A stretch of DNA of 64,000 bases from Candidatus Marinacidobacterales bacterium (lineage in GTDB: Bacteria; Acidobacteriota; Vicinamibacteria; Marinacidobacterales; DATDRI01), in NCBI GenBank assembly GCA_965219415.1, contig CBDCNP010000001.1:32001-96000 (forward strand), written 5' to 3'. Made by a program: the position numbers and the translations under genes. Every line of letters starts with the position of its first letter. Position 1 is the stretch's first letter. Below, piece after piece: positions 19,858-30,124 of the stretch. The notes beneath the pieces are model-generated. The model was not told where the DNA came from, did no database searches, and worked only from the letters and a program-made list of their open reading frames with translations.

Positions 19858-20035
19858 CGTCCTGTGCCAAAACTCGGCCCTTTTGAAATAGCCCATAAAT
19901 CAGCAACTTAGAGTCTGTGTTTGTGGCCGTGCCCAGGGCCGGGCACGAACGAACGACGAAATCATGCAGGCATGGTGCCCGCAGACCGGAGATCAATCAA
20001 GTTCGGTGCGCGCGGATGAATAAATAGAAGGCACA
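19858..20035. mobile_element. 178-bp hybrid mini-element: family-A end plus family-C left end
   Basis: Same chimera at 33272-33449 and 42984-44422 (the latter holding an IS3 insertion). Confidence 0.85.
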
Positions 20036-20183
20036 ACCCAATGGGCGGTGAGAAACGTGCGCCACGGCGTCCGCTCTCCTCGTTCCGGCGCGGGCTCGAT
20101 GCCTTGTTCCCGCAGAATACTTGCGATGGTGCTCCTAGCTACGGCATGGCCGAGATTCGAGAGGGCACGCCGCGAATCCTAAT

Positions 20184-20665
20184 CTATCCCCACCGCGGAT
20201 TTTCCTTCGCTAGACGTAGGACGAGCTCCGTACTCTCGACCATCACCCAGGGTCGTCCAAGCTGTTTCCGCCGTGTGCTGTAGTCCCACTTCCGCGCAAT
20301 GAGCCTTCGGTGCCAAGCCAGAAGGGTTTCCGGTGTGACGATACCGGCAACTTCTGCCAAGAGTTTCCGGCCAAGCGCCTTACCCTTTACCGCGAGCCGA
20401 CGTCGCTCGTCGTCCGTGAGGCGAAGCTTCCTCCCGCGAAGCCGAGCTTTGAGGACTCTGTTCTCCTCAAGCAAGTAGACGATAGCGGCTTGTTGGTCAC
20501 GCTGGACCCAACCAGCGATGGTGACCACCAACAATGTCAAGGGCTGGATCGGCGTGTTCATGACCGAGGATTCTAGCTTCCATTGGCGAATCAAGCCTAG
20601 ACACCTCTAATCCGAAACGTCCCGGCGCGCCGGTCTTGAGTTCGTTTATATTTTTGGACACGACG
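20184..20665 (-). mobile_element. family-B left end with transposase N-terminus
   Basis: MNTPIQPLTLLVVTIAGWVQRDQQAAIVYLLEENRVL..KENPRWG. Confidence 0.85.
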
Positions 20666-20785
20666 CCATCCGTTCCGTCTAACTGGCGCGACCGAACTCC
20701 TATGCGGCGGCACGGTGGTAATAACCCGTGCTCCGCAAAAAGTCGATCCAGGGTCTTGAGTACGTTTGTATTTTTAGACACGACG

Positions 20786-20928
20786 GGAATTACCAACGAA
20801 AGGCGCCATCCGTGCGGTAACTTGATTCGTAGGTACGACTACGGCAGAACCACCAAGCACGGCTGGGAAATTGACCACATCCGCTCTGTCGCCAAGGGCG
20901 GCACTGACATTCTCAGTAATCTTCAGCC
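20786..20928 (+). pseudogene. HNH endonuclease fragment between two B ends
   Basis: CGNLIRRYDYG..GWEIDHIRSVAKGGTDILSNLQP. Confidence 0.7.
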
Positions 20929-21021
20929 CGCCGTGTCCAAGAACACAAACGAACCCGAGACTAGCGCGCCCGCCTCAAATCAATGCTGGATCGACTTTTT
21001 GCGGAGCACAACACGGGTCAC

Positions 21022-21546
21022 TCAACTGTCTTCCGCCCAATCGAAGTGGACGTTCAGTGCCCGAAGCATGGCGAACGTGTTGTCGCGCCGCACTCCGAAC
21101 TGATCGCATACATCGGGCAGCTTGATCTCCTTCCTAGACTCCGGCGCACTTTGCTCGTTCGTCACGACGGTGGCGCCGTGAACCTGTGCGTAGGCGACGA
21201 GCCAGCCGTCCGCACCCGTCGCGAACTTTGCCTTCGCATAGTCGAAATATTTCGGGTGACGTTGAACCCACATCATGACGTCCGTATAGGCGCGCACCAC
21301 CACGTCGGTGTCCACTTGGACGAAGAACCCTTCCGGGACTTCATCCCTCACCCACCGAACGAGATCCTCCGTCCTGCGACCCACGAGTAGTTCGCTACGA
21401 ACTCTGTCGACGCTAAAGACTCGGCCCTCCCGGTGGTGATGAAGCACGCTCTTCCAGAAGCCGGGGCAGATGTCGAATGAGTAATACAGGTTCTTCGCCG
21501 TGATGAAGACGTCCGAATCCACAAGGTAGGTCCGATCCACCATCAT
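21022..21546 (-). CDS. DUF4411-like PIN-domain protein (putative toxin)
   Basis: YLVDSDVFI..YYSFDICPGFW..ADGWLVAYA..VVTNE..KLPDVC. Confidence 0.85.
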   Translation of the reverse strand: MMVDRTYLVDSDVFITAKNLYYSFDICPGFWKSVLHHHREGRVFSVDRVRSELLVGRRTEDLVRWVRDEVPEGFFVQVDTDVVVRAYTDVMMWVQRHPKYFDYAKAKFATGADGWLVAYAQVHGATVVTNEQSAPESRKEIKLPDVCDQFGVRRDNTFAMLRALNVHFDWAEDS

Positions 21547-22691
21547 GGGATATCCACCCCCAGCCGCTTGGCGTACTTCTGGAAGCTTCCTCCACGCAGC
21601 CCTGTCAGGTCATAGGCTTCCTTGAATCCGATACGGCCCTCCATCGCTGCGCGCAGCACCTGGATCGCAAATAGCTCGCCGACACGCGTGTTCTGGTTGT
21701 TATAGAAATCTCCCCCGCTCGGTGTCGTGCCACCCTTGCGTTCCCGATTGACGTAGCGCTCGTAGAAATCGAAGAAGGTGCTGCGGTCAACGAGATTCAG
21801 GTCGAGAGCTCGGCGGGCAGCGACTACGGGGCTCACCTTGAACGTCCGGGCGAGTGCCTCGAAGGGACTCGCCCTCCGTCTGACTTCCCCCCAGCGCGCT
21901 CTGAGCTCCCGTGCTGGCGCGAGGAGCTCCGCCGCCGCTCGGTTGCACCAGTCCTCCACGTCCGTACCGCCGGGGAGTAGGACTTCGAAGCCGGAAAGCC
22001 CCTCTGTGCCGAGCCAGATGTGCGCCAACTCGTGAGCGAGCGTGAACATCTGCGCCGACTTCGAATCCGCACCGTTCACGAAGATCAGCGGCGCGTAGGG
22101 ATCGGTGAGCGCAAAGCCGCGGAACTCTTTCACGCTCAGCGGGCGATGGGTATTGTTCCCCACCACACCGTTGATCACCGCCATCACGCCGAGCTGCTCG
22201 ATCGCGCGACGCAACTCGCTCACGGCATCCTGCCAAGTACGGACTCCCGCGGCCCATCCACCATCGAGGCCGAGCGCCCGTCGCATCTCGCGACCCACAG
22301 CGCCCGGCTCATCGCCAAGACGGGCGCTTGCCACGAAGGCCAATGGTTCCACCTCGTTCTCGACGAGGGAGTCCCGCAGCCACACCTGTCGGCGTTGCAT
22401 CGTGTACAGCGTGTCGAGCAGGTCGGGGCTCGGCTTTGCTTCCGCAGCGCCCCCCACGGTGCGATAGTCAGGAACCGGGAGGCGTTCGTCGGGGGGCTCG
22501 GGGAGGAACAGGTAGCCGAGCGGCGTATGGGTGAGTTTGGCCAGCTTCTCCAGCTGCTTCAGCGTCGGCTGTTTCTCACGTCGGACCCAGGCCGGGAGCT
22601 GTGGCATGCGCTCCGCAACGTGCGCCACATCGTAGCCGGCGCGTTCGCAAGCCCAGCGAAGCATCTCAGGGTGCACTGGGACGCGGGTCAT
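21543..22691 (-). CDS. HTH + ImmA/IrrE (peptidase M78) protein
   Basis: N-terminal HTH (PTLKQLEKLA), FTLAHELAH, EDWCNRAAAELLAP. Confidence 0.9.
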   Translation of the reverse strand: MTRVPVHPEMLRWACERAGYDVAHVAERMPQLPAWVRREKQPTLKQLEKLAKLTHTPLGYLFLPEPPDERLPVPDYRTVGGAAEAKPSPDLLDTLYTMQRRQVWLRDSLVENEVEPLAFVASARLGDEPGAVGREMRRALGLDGGWAAGVRTWQDAVSELRRAIEQLGVMAVINGVVGNNTHRPLSVKEFRGFALTDPYAPLIFVNGADSKSAQMFTLAHELAHIWLGTEGLSGFEVLLPGGTDVEDWCNRAAAELLAPARELRARWGEVRRRASPFEALARTFKVSPVVAARRALDLNLVDRSTFFDFYERYVNRERKGGTTPSGGDFYNNQNTRVGELFAIQVLRAAMEGRIGFKEAYDLTGLRGGSFQKYAKRLGVDIP

Positions 22692-22738
22692 GGTCTTATC
22701 CTCGCGACACCATCCCGGCTGGGCCGAATGTGGGGTAC

Positions 22739-22832
22739 TGTGCTCCGTAAATAGTCGATCCAGCGCTGATTGTGCATTTTAGACTCGCTATGGTCGGCTG
22801 CTTCTGGCCGATCTTCTTTTTTGCGGATCACA
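22739..22832. mobile_element. about 94-bp MITE (D)
   Basis: Ends TGTGCTCCG and TTTTTTGCGGATCACA; copies 45607-45686 and 52227-52321; single ends at 12984, 20727, 48683, 56203. Confidence 0.85.
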
Positions 22833-22949
22833 ATTGAAGGAATCAGGGGAAAGGACCAGTGCGGGGCGCCTCTTGGGCGACGTGAGGTCGGTGAAGGGGA
22901 AGGAGACCAGTACGATGTCGCCCTGTCTATAACCTGTCGTAGACGGCAT
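22833..22949 (-). pseudogene. PemK/MazF toxin 5' fragment
   Basis: MPSTTGYRQGDIVLVSFPFTDLTSPKRRPALVLSPDSFN, cut by MITE D. Confidence 0.8.
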
Positions 22950-23127
22950 CCTCCTTATTCTTCCAGAACTCGAAGCTCCGCTCCGAGCCCTTCAGCCACG
23001 GCAGGTCCTCGGTGAGCCGCTTCAGCTCATCCTCTGAAAAGACTTGGTAGACCTTTCCCGAAGCGGCGTCGATCTCTTTCTCCAGTGGTCTGAAGACCCC
23101 ATTCCTGTACTCGACCTTAATGCTCAT
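22927..23127 (-). CDS. antitoxin (DUF104/AF2212-like)
   Basis: MSIKVEYRNGVFRPLEK..SFEFWKNKEDAVYDRL, overlapping the toxin start. Confidence 0.7.
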   Translation of the reverse strand: MSIKVEYRNGVFRPLEKEIDAASGKVYQVFSEDELKRLTEDLPWLKGSERSFEFWKNKEDAVYDRL

Positions 23128-23158
23128 TATCCAGATTATATCAGGCAAAGCTTGACCG

Positions 23159-24584
23159 CGTCCTGTGCCAAAACTCGGCCCTTTTGAAATAGGCCATAAA
23201 TCAGCAACTTAGTGTCTGTGTTTGCGACCGGGCCAAGGGCCGTGGGCTTTACAATCGTCTTGGGCGGGCGGGTCGTCGCCATGCAGATGACCACCTAGTC
23301 GAGAGCGAATATCGAAGCGTGTTCCTGAAGCGGTTTCCACGCTACGCCTGTCGAGCCCGCCGAGTGGCTACCGTCGCCGGCGACCATCTACGCGGCACGG
23401 CAGTAGTAGTTGAGAATGCCCCCAAGTCGCTCTCGCGACACGATGGGGCTAGTGTCATTCGCGCTTGCCGGCAGAGGTGTGATGAGCTCGTTGCCGAGAC
23501 CTTGGTGGTTCCGTTCTGTGTGATAGTGCACTACGTATTCGGTTACCGCTGTGCGCAGGTGTCGCTCACTGAGAAGTACGAAGCGGTCGAGACACTCTCG
23601 ACGTATGGAGAGAACGAATCTTTCCGCGTATGCGTTCAGATTCGGACTATTAGCGGGAAGGCGAAGGGGCTTCACGCCTGAATCTCTCAACAGCCCACGT
23701 ACCGCCTCGGTGAATAGCGGGTCCCGGTCGTGGATGAGGTATCGCTTGCCAAGGAGGAAACCATCCCACATGTCCGTGAGGTTTCTTGCCACCTGCTTCA
23801 TCCACTCCCCGTTTGGGTCTGAAGTCATCCCACCGATGCACACGCAGCGAGTGGCGATATCGATGACAAACAGGACATGGTAGCGGACGAGCCCGAACGG
23901 GTTCGCAACCTCGACGGTGAACAGGTCTGTCGCAGCGATAGCGCCCCAATGAGCCTTGAGGAAAGTGCTCCACGAACATGCTCTTGCCCCGCTCCGGAGC
24001 CGGCGCGATACCGTGCTCGGCGAGGAGCCTCTTGATGGTGTTGCGTCCGAGTTCATGTCCTAGGTTCTTGAGTGCGCCTCGCAGGCGCGTATATCCCCAC
24101 GTCGGGTTCTCCTGCGCCACGCGCACAATGAGCTCACGGATGTCCTTCGCCGTCGGAGGTCGGCCTGGGCTCCGGTTCTTGCTGCCATCGTACTTGGCTG
24201 CGATGAGGCAGCGGTACCAGCGCAGAAGCGTAGCGGGTGTGGCAACGGACGCAATCTGGGCCAGCGCCTCGCGGCCCAAAGCCTGGGCCTTGACGGCGAG
24301 CCTGCGCCGGTCGTCGTCCGAGAGACTGAGACGCTTGCCCCGAAGCCCGGCTCGGAGCACACGGTTCTCCTCTTGCTGGTAGTCGATCACATCCTGCTGC
24401 TGGCGGTTGACCCAGCCAGAACGAGCAGTAGGAATTGCACGTGGTACGTCATCATGGATCTGAAGATAACACCCCTCGGGCCAGACGATTGTAAAGCCCA
24501 CGGCCCTTGGCCCGGTCGCAAACACAGACGCTAAGCTGCTGATTTATGGCCTATTTCAAAAGGGCCGAATTTTGGCACAGGACG
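23159..24584 (-). mobile_element. full-length family-A rve (IS481-like) element with about 100-bp TIRs; transposase frameshifted
   Basis: TIR CGTCCTGTGCC..TTTACAATCGTCT at both ends; split ORFs 23388-24056 and 23650-24525 (DLFTV, IHDRD, AERFV); no TSD. Confidence 0.9.
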
Positions 24585-24739
24585 AGGTGGTCATCTGCAT
24601 GGTGACGACCCGCCCGCCCAAGACGATTGTAAAGCTCACGGCCCTTGGCCCGGTCGCAAACACAGACACTAAGTTGCTGATTTATGGCCTATTTCAAAAG
24701 GGCCGAGTTTTGGCACAGGACGCCATCGGACTTACAGAC

Positions 24740-26190
24740 TCAATCTTTTTCGGTAGCCGTGACGAGGCGCTCGGCGCTTCGTTGAGCGGCTCGCATCAAC
24801 TCGCTTTCACGCCATCCACGCAGCTCCCCGCCCTCAAGTAGGATCTTTCCGTCGACCAGAACCGTGTCCACGTCGCTGCCGTGTGCCGAGAAGACCAGCA
24901 GCGCATAAATGTTGCTGTAGGGCCCGCCCACGATGAGTGGACTCCAATGAGGCTTGCCCTCGGTGTCTAAGAGAATGATGTCCGCCTTCTTACCAACCTC
25001 CAAGGATCCAATCTGTTCCTCCAAGGCCAAGCCGAAGGCACCGTTCCGCGTGGCCATTCGCAGCACCTGCCGAGCAAGAAGCGCCTGCGGGTCCCGGTAC
25101 CGGATGCGCTGAAGAAGGGCAGCCAACCGCATCACTTCAAACATGTCCACTTTGAAGCTGCTCACCAAACCATCGGTCCCTAAGGAGACGTTCACCCCGG
25201 CGTCTATTAGCTCGCGCACCGGTGTAATAGGCATTCCTTCCTTGGAGACGCTTACCGGACAGTGAACGATCGTTGCCTCGGACTTCGCCAGGGCGGCGAT
25301 GTCCTCTTCGTTGACCCAGACTCCGTGGGCGAAGCTCACCCCTTTCCTGAGAAGCCCGATACGCTGCAGCATCGGGAAGGGTCGCTCCGAAAAATGCTGT
25401 GAAAAGAACTCAAGCTCTAGCAGGATCTCCAGCAGGTGGCCGTGGAAGCCGGTTCCGTAAGTCTTTGCTGCTTCGGAGACGACTTGGTACATGGGCGTGG
25501 TGCCCGATTCCTCGAACGGCTGCTTGTAAGACTCCCAGGTGAACCAAACCTGGACTCGATCATCGGTTTGCTGCTCGTGGCTTTCCAGATAACGAACCGT
25601 ATCGTTATAGTCGCCGTAGCCTTTTTCGTCCCGATGTAAAGCCAGTCGGGCACGGATTCCCATGTCTTGCGCCGCCTCGATACAACCGTCGAACAAGGCG
25701 GGCATGAGCGCGGTGGTGGTCGTTCCCGAGCGGATCGATTCCGCCAAACCGAGCATGCAGCCCGCGTAGGAGTCTTCCCGCGTCATGCTGTAGGTGATGG
25801 GGTCCACGATACGCACATGCCATTCCTCTTCGGTCATGCCGTCGCCGAAGCCCCGTGCCGGACGGGAGTGCATATGCCCGTTGACCAAACCGGGCATGAT
25901 GATCTTTCCGCTGGCATCGATGCGCTGGGCATGCTGCCACTGGCTCGGCGCCTCTCCTTCGCCTACGGCAACGATACGGTCTCCTTGCACCACGACATAG
26001 CCGCGCTCGAACAAGCTGTCTTGGTCGTCCAGGGTAACGATGATGCCGTTGGTGAAGAGGAGGCCATTCTCTTCTCCCGCCTCTTGTGCTTCGAGAGGTC
26101 GGGAGCCGAGCCAAGCGATCGCCGTGACGAGCAGTAGGATTGACGTAGAGACAACCCAGTGCCGAGTGGATCGAATACTTTCGTTCATCA
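24740..26190 (-). CDS. amidohydrolase (MTA/SAH-deaminase-like) with signal peptide
   Basis: PGLVNGHMH, HGHLLE, HGVW, LGTDG, GKKADII; probable start MMNESIR. Confidence 0.85.
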
Positions 26191-26238
26191 TGTCATCCTC
26201 ATCAAGTTCGGTCTTCAAGAGTGCAGCATCAACGGCCG

Positions 26239-27290
26239 TCAGAACCGGAGAGACGTCGAGAGATTGAACCGTCGCGCCGCGTTGAGTCCCAGGATCTTCG
26301 CGATGTCCCCATCGCTGAAACGCTCGTAATAAAGACGATCGGCCCAGAGGTTGATATTGCGAACTTGGCCGACCACCGTCCCCGGATCGCAGATGCTGTG
26401 CTCGCTTCCAAACATCACCTTGTCCATGCAATCCACGTCACGGGCCAAGGCCAGCATGGCCATCAATTGTTGCGGTGGATAGGCGCACCATGAGGAAAGT
26501 CGAGAGAGAAATTCTCGTGCTTGGCCGTGACGAGTACTGCCTCCGGCCACTGGGCCGGCCCACCTGCATGGGCAACGTTGACCTTCAGCTCCGGGTAGCG
26601 CCGACCCAATTGATCTAGGCTATGGATCTCCGCGAGAGATCCATACTCGAGGGGCGCAGCGGCAACTGGCGCCCAGCCGGTGTGGAAATCTATCAAGATC
26701 TCGCGCTCCATGGCCCTCTCATAAAAAGACCAGATTTCCTCGTCGTAAGGATCATAACCTTCATAGGCGGCGAGGAGTTTGACCCCCTTGAAGCCCAAGT
26801 CCGCGATCTCATCCACAAACTCTGGTCCCCGCCAGGGCTCGAAGAGAGGGTCATACATGGGAACTCCCACCAGCCGGTCGGGATACTTTTCTAGCTGTTG
26901 GGCCAAGTACGCCAGCAGATTCCCGCGTCGCCCGCGTCTTCGTGAACCGCTCGTCACCATGACCAGCGAAACGTCGACTCCCCCTTCGTTCATTCGCTCG
27001 ATGATCTCTTCGGGAAGATACGAGTACTTCTTCGGATTGGGATGGCGCTTGCCCTCCCCATCATAGATAGCATCGAAATTCTTGAACAAAATGTCGCGAT
27101 AAGCCTTCCCCTGTTTGGCGCCCTCCGGGTCACTCATGTGGACGTGCATGTCGAACACGAAGGGGCGACTCGACGCACTTTGAGCAACGGGAGGCCCAGG
27201 CTGCGAACCGCTGTCGGCAGCGACGGCTGTGACACCACCGGTGGTTAACAGAGCACCTTTCAAGAATTCTCTCCGACCTACTACACTCAT
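26239..27290 (-). pseudogene. Tat-signal amidohydrolase_2 protein, frameshifted near 26490
   Basis: GRREFLKG, DMHVH, FHTG, AHAG; the C-terminus KVMFGSE..KILGLNAARRF lies in another frame. Confidence 0.75.
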
Positions 27291-27303
27291 CGCAGTTCCT
27301 CCT

Positions 27304-28905
27304 TTACCCGTGTTTCACTCCTTCAGGGGCGACGCCACTTGGCGATCCTGCTTCTGAACGCCTATGCACCTCCCCCGCACATCGGTATCCGGACTCGAGC
27401 GCACCGTTCATGTACGCATGCCAGAACGAGGTATGCTCTCCCGCGAAGTGCACTCGCCCCTCCGGTTTGACGAGCGCTGGCAGATGCGTCGTCATTTGCC
27501 CGGTCTCATACACCACGTAAGCCCCACGGTTCCATTCCTCGGCGTCCCAAAACCAAATCTGATGATCTTCGGCGTGCTTACCGACGTCGGGACTAACCCG
27601 GGCGATCTGATCCAGAATCTCTTCCCTTTGTCGCTGACCGCTCAGTGCGAAAATCTCCTGGGCGGCCGGGGCGGTCGTGTAGTTTCGCAGGATCCCTCGC
27701 GGTCCCGGCTGGTTGCCGGTCTCGTGGGACAAGATCCCGATGGGAAGATCGCCCCATAGGCTTCCATTCCATCCTTGCTCCTCCCAGTACCGTTGACGGA
27801 ATTGAAGGAAGAGCTTATGCAGTGAAACGTACGGGACTTCCTTGATGGCTCGGGTCTTCTTCTCGCTGAATGGCGGGAGGACCTCTACCAGCCGTAACGT
27901 GGGCAGCGGTAAGGTGCAGACCACGTAGTCGACGGAAATGCTTTCCAGAGCGTCCCCCTGCCGGACCACCACCCTTGCCTCATTGGCATCCTGTTCGATC
28001 CGAACGACCGGAGTGCCATAACGGATCTTGTCCGAGAGTCGCTTGGCGAACGCAAGGGGGAATTGATCGTTGCCGCCAATGATCCGAAACTTATGACCGG
28101 TGCGAAGCCCGATGGCGTCATCCATCAATAAGTAGAGAGGGGAGATCCGCTCCAGGGCGTTGCCGTTGTAGTAGTTGTCCAGTGACCGACCGAAGATCTC
28201 CAACAGCCCCTTCGAGGCACCTCGCTGCTTGAGGAACTCGCCGACCGGGACCTGGTCGAGATCTTTGAGATCTGCCAAATTGGGAATATCCGCGTTGACC
28301 AGCCGCGCGTAACTTTTGGAACCGAAGTGGTAGGCGTTGAAGTCCACGTAGGCGAGGGTCCCTATGGGGGGTGCACTTCTGAGAAAAGAGATGTCTTTTG
28401 AGGTCAAGTCGTACGGCAGAATGCTCGGATCGGCTTCGACTTCGGATTGCCGATACGCACGTCCTTTAAGATAGAGTATTCCAGTCGTTTTCTTGACCTG
28501 GGCGCGCGGGAACATCGGCTGCAGGGGCATGTCAAACTCCATGCAATAGTGCACGGAGTACCGGTGCATGGTGTAGAAGTTGGCCGCTCCCGCCTCCACA
28601 TAGAGCCCGTCACTGAATCCCTCTCGTAGGGTACAGACCCGGCCGCCGGGCCGGTTTCGCGCTTCGAGCACCACGACGTCGTGACCGAGCCGGGCGAGCT
28701 CGTAGGCGGCGCACAATCCCGCCAACCCGGCACCCAAGACCGCCACCTTTCTGGGCAGCTTTGCTCGCCGCGGGAGAATCGGAGGAATGTCCTCGAACAG
28801 GTGCTGGAGCGCCATCAGCCTGGGTGCATACCAGTGGGAGCTTGCTCCGGCGATGGAGCTGGTAATTAAGGCGGTAAGAAAACGCCGCCGACTCCAATGA
28901 GGCAT
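27304..28905 (-). CDS. Tat-signal flavin monoamine/L-amino-acid oxidase family
   Basis: SRRRFL, VLGAGLAGL..LEARNRPGGR, HFAGEHT..MNGALESG. Confidence 0.9.
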   Translation of the reverse strand: MPHWSRRRFLTALITSSIAGASSHWYAPRLMALQHLFEDIPPILPRRAKLPRKVAVLGAGLAGLCAAYELARLGHDVVVLEARNRPGGRVCTLREGFSDGLYVEAGAANFYTMHRYSVHYCMEFDMPLQPMFPRAQVKKTTGILYLKGRAYRQSEVEADPSILPYDLTSKDISFLRSAPPIGTLAYVDFNAYHFGSKSYARLVNADIPNLADLKDLDQVPVGEFLKQRGASKGLLEIFGRSLDNYYNGNALERISPLYLLMDDAIGLRTGHKFRIIGGNDQFPLAFAKRLSDKIRYGTPVVRIEQDANEARVVVRQGDALESISVDYVVCTLPLPTLRLVEVLPPFSEKKTRAIKEVPYVSLHKLFLQFRQRYWEEQGWNGSLWGDLPIGILSHETGNQPGPRGILRNYTTAPAAQEIFALSGQRQREEILDQIARVSPDVGKHAEDHQIWFWDAEEWNRGAYVVYETGQMTTHLPALVKPEGRVHFAGEHTSFWHAYMNGALESGYRCAGEVHRRSEAGSPSGVAPEGVKHG

Positions 28906-29022
28906 GAGTGGCCTCCTTGCTACACGGTACAACCGTTCCCTGTCAAGCTGAATGTCGTCGACCCGCGTCAGATGGCATCTTGGTCGGCCTGAGTATCCGG
29001 CCGCGGTTATTGAAGTCGGAAC

Positions 29023-29188
29023 GGTGCTTCCGCCATTAAGTGTTGGTGAGATGACGCTAAGACTTTACGGTGCATTAAATTACAGCCAAAATGGCGCTCA
29101 CGACCTTCGCCGCGCGCTAAATGGAGCTTAAGCGCCTCTTTTGCAAAGGGATACGTACACATCACCAACAGCAAACAGCGCAAGCACC
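29023..29188 (+). mobile_element. MITE F copy
   Basis: Matches 6848-7013. Confidence 0.9.
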
Positions 29189-29568
29189 AAGACCGGAACA
29201 TCGACCAGCCGGAAGAAAGTGCGGTTTCCGAACCCGTCCTGACGGACGATGGCAAGCCCCTCCGGCATTGGCTCCTCGTCTCCGCCGGAGTCGTCGGGAT
29301 TCCTTTTGTCGTGGGGATCGTCCTGTACTTTCTCCTTACTGGCGGAGGTATCGACGAGACCGGGGAGGCTCCCGACGCACTTGAGGCGCCGACAAGCACC
29401 GTGGCAGAGTCGGCTGCGCCACCGTCCGGCGAGACGGAAGCTCTACCCGAGGCGGCGCCGATCGTTCTGCCACCGCTGTCCACCAGCGATGACTTCGTCC
29501 GCGCGATAGTCGAGAAGCTCTCCGCACATCCCGTGCTGGCGTCGTTTGTGGTGACCGAGCAGCTCATT
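29189..29568 (+). pseudogene. DUF3014-like membrane protein fragment
   Basis: TM helix then LPPLSTSDDFVRAIVEKLSAHP; bounded by IS1-like ends on both sides. Confidence 0.55.
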
Positions 29569-29809
29569 GGTGCTTCCGCAATCAAGTGTTGGCAGCAGAT
29601 GCCTAACCCGTTCGTGTACTAGAGTTTGAGCCTGATTTCGAGAGACTCAGTTCTTTCGGCGATGCCGGCTGGGCTGACGATGCGGTGCCTTACATTCAAG
29701 GACATCTTCGTGTGCACGCCGACATCCTTGTTAATGGCGTTCGAAGACACAGGCAGGACAACTAACACTGGTATTCAAACGCGGCTTAGCAACATATCTG
29801 GACTCCTCT

Positions 29810-30124
29810 AGTCAAGCCCCTTTCTTTCTAGTCACGCCCCTTTCTTAATAAATCTTCCATCGAAGCTGCGCATCCATCGCGTCGTGACGAGTGGGTCAGA
29901 CTGCAAACGTATCTTCGGCCTCAGTGAGGAGCGTCTTGGGTGCTCCGGGCCATGATGGAAAATCCGCGCGCGAGGAGCCAATCACTTTGAACGACCTCTT
30001 AGGGCCAGTGTTGCTATTGGCTTGACCCCGCGCCGGTCCGACCGGTACGCCATCAGTTGGATGGGTATCGTCGCAGCCTCTTTTGGAAGGGAAAAAGGAA
30101 AACACGAAAGTGGAGCCTCTAAAT
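29810..30124 (-). ncRNA. bridge/seek RNA region of the IS1111-type element
   Basis: Target guides at 30007-30016 and 29983-29987 inside stem AGCCAAT/ATTGGCT; donor guides at 29953-29960 and 29908-29914. Confidence 0.75.

Noticed and set aside
18291-24584. CRISPR-associated transposon or casposon
   Set aside because: No TnsABC/TniQ, Cascade or polB genes; cas1-cas2 are ordinary type I-E and the proximity to rve elements reflects overall element density.
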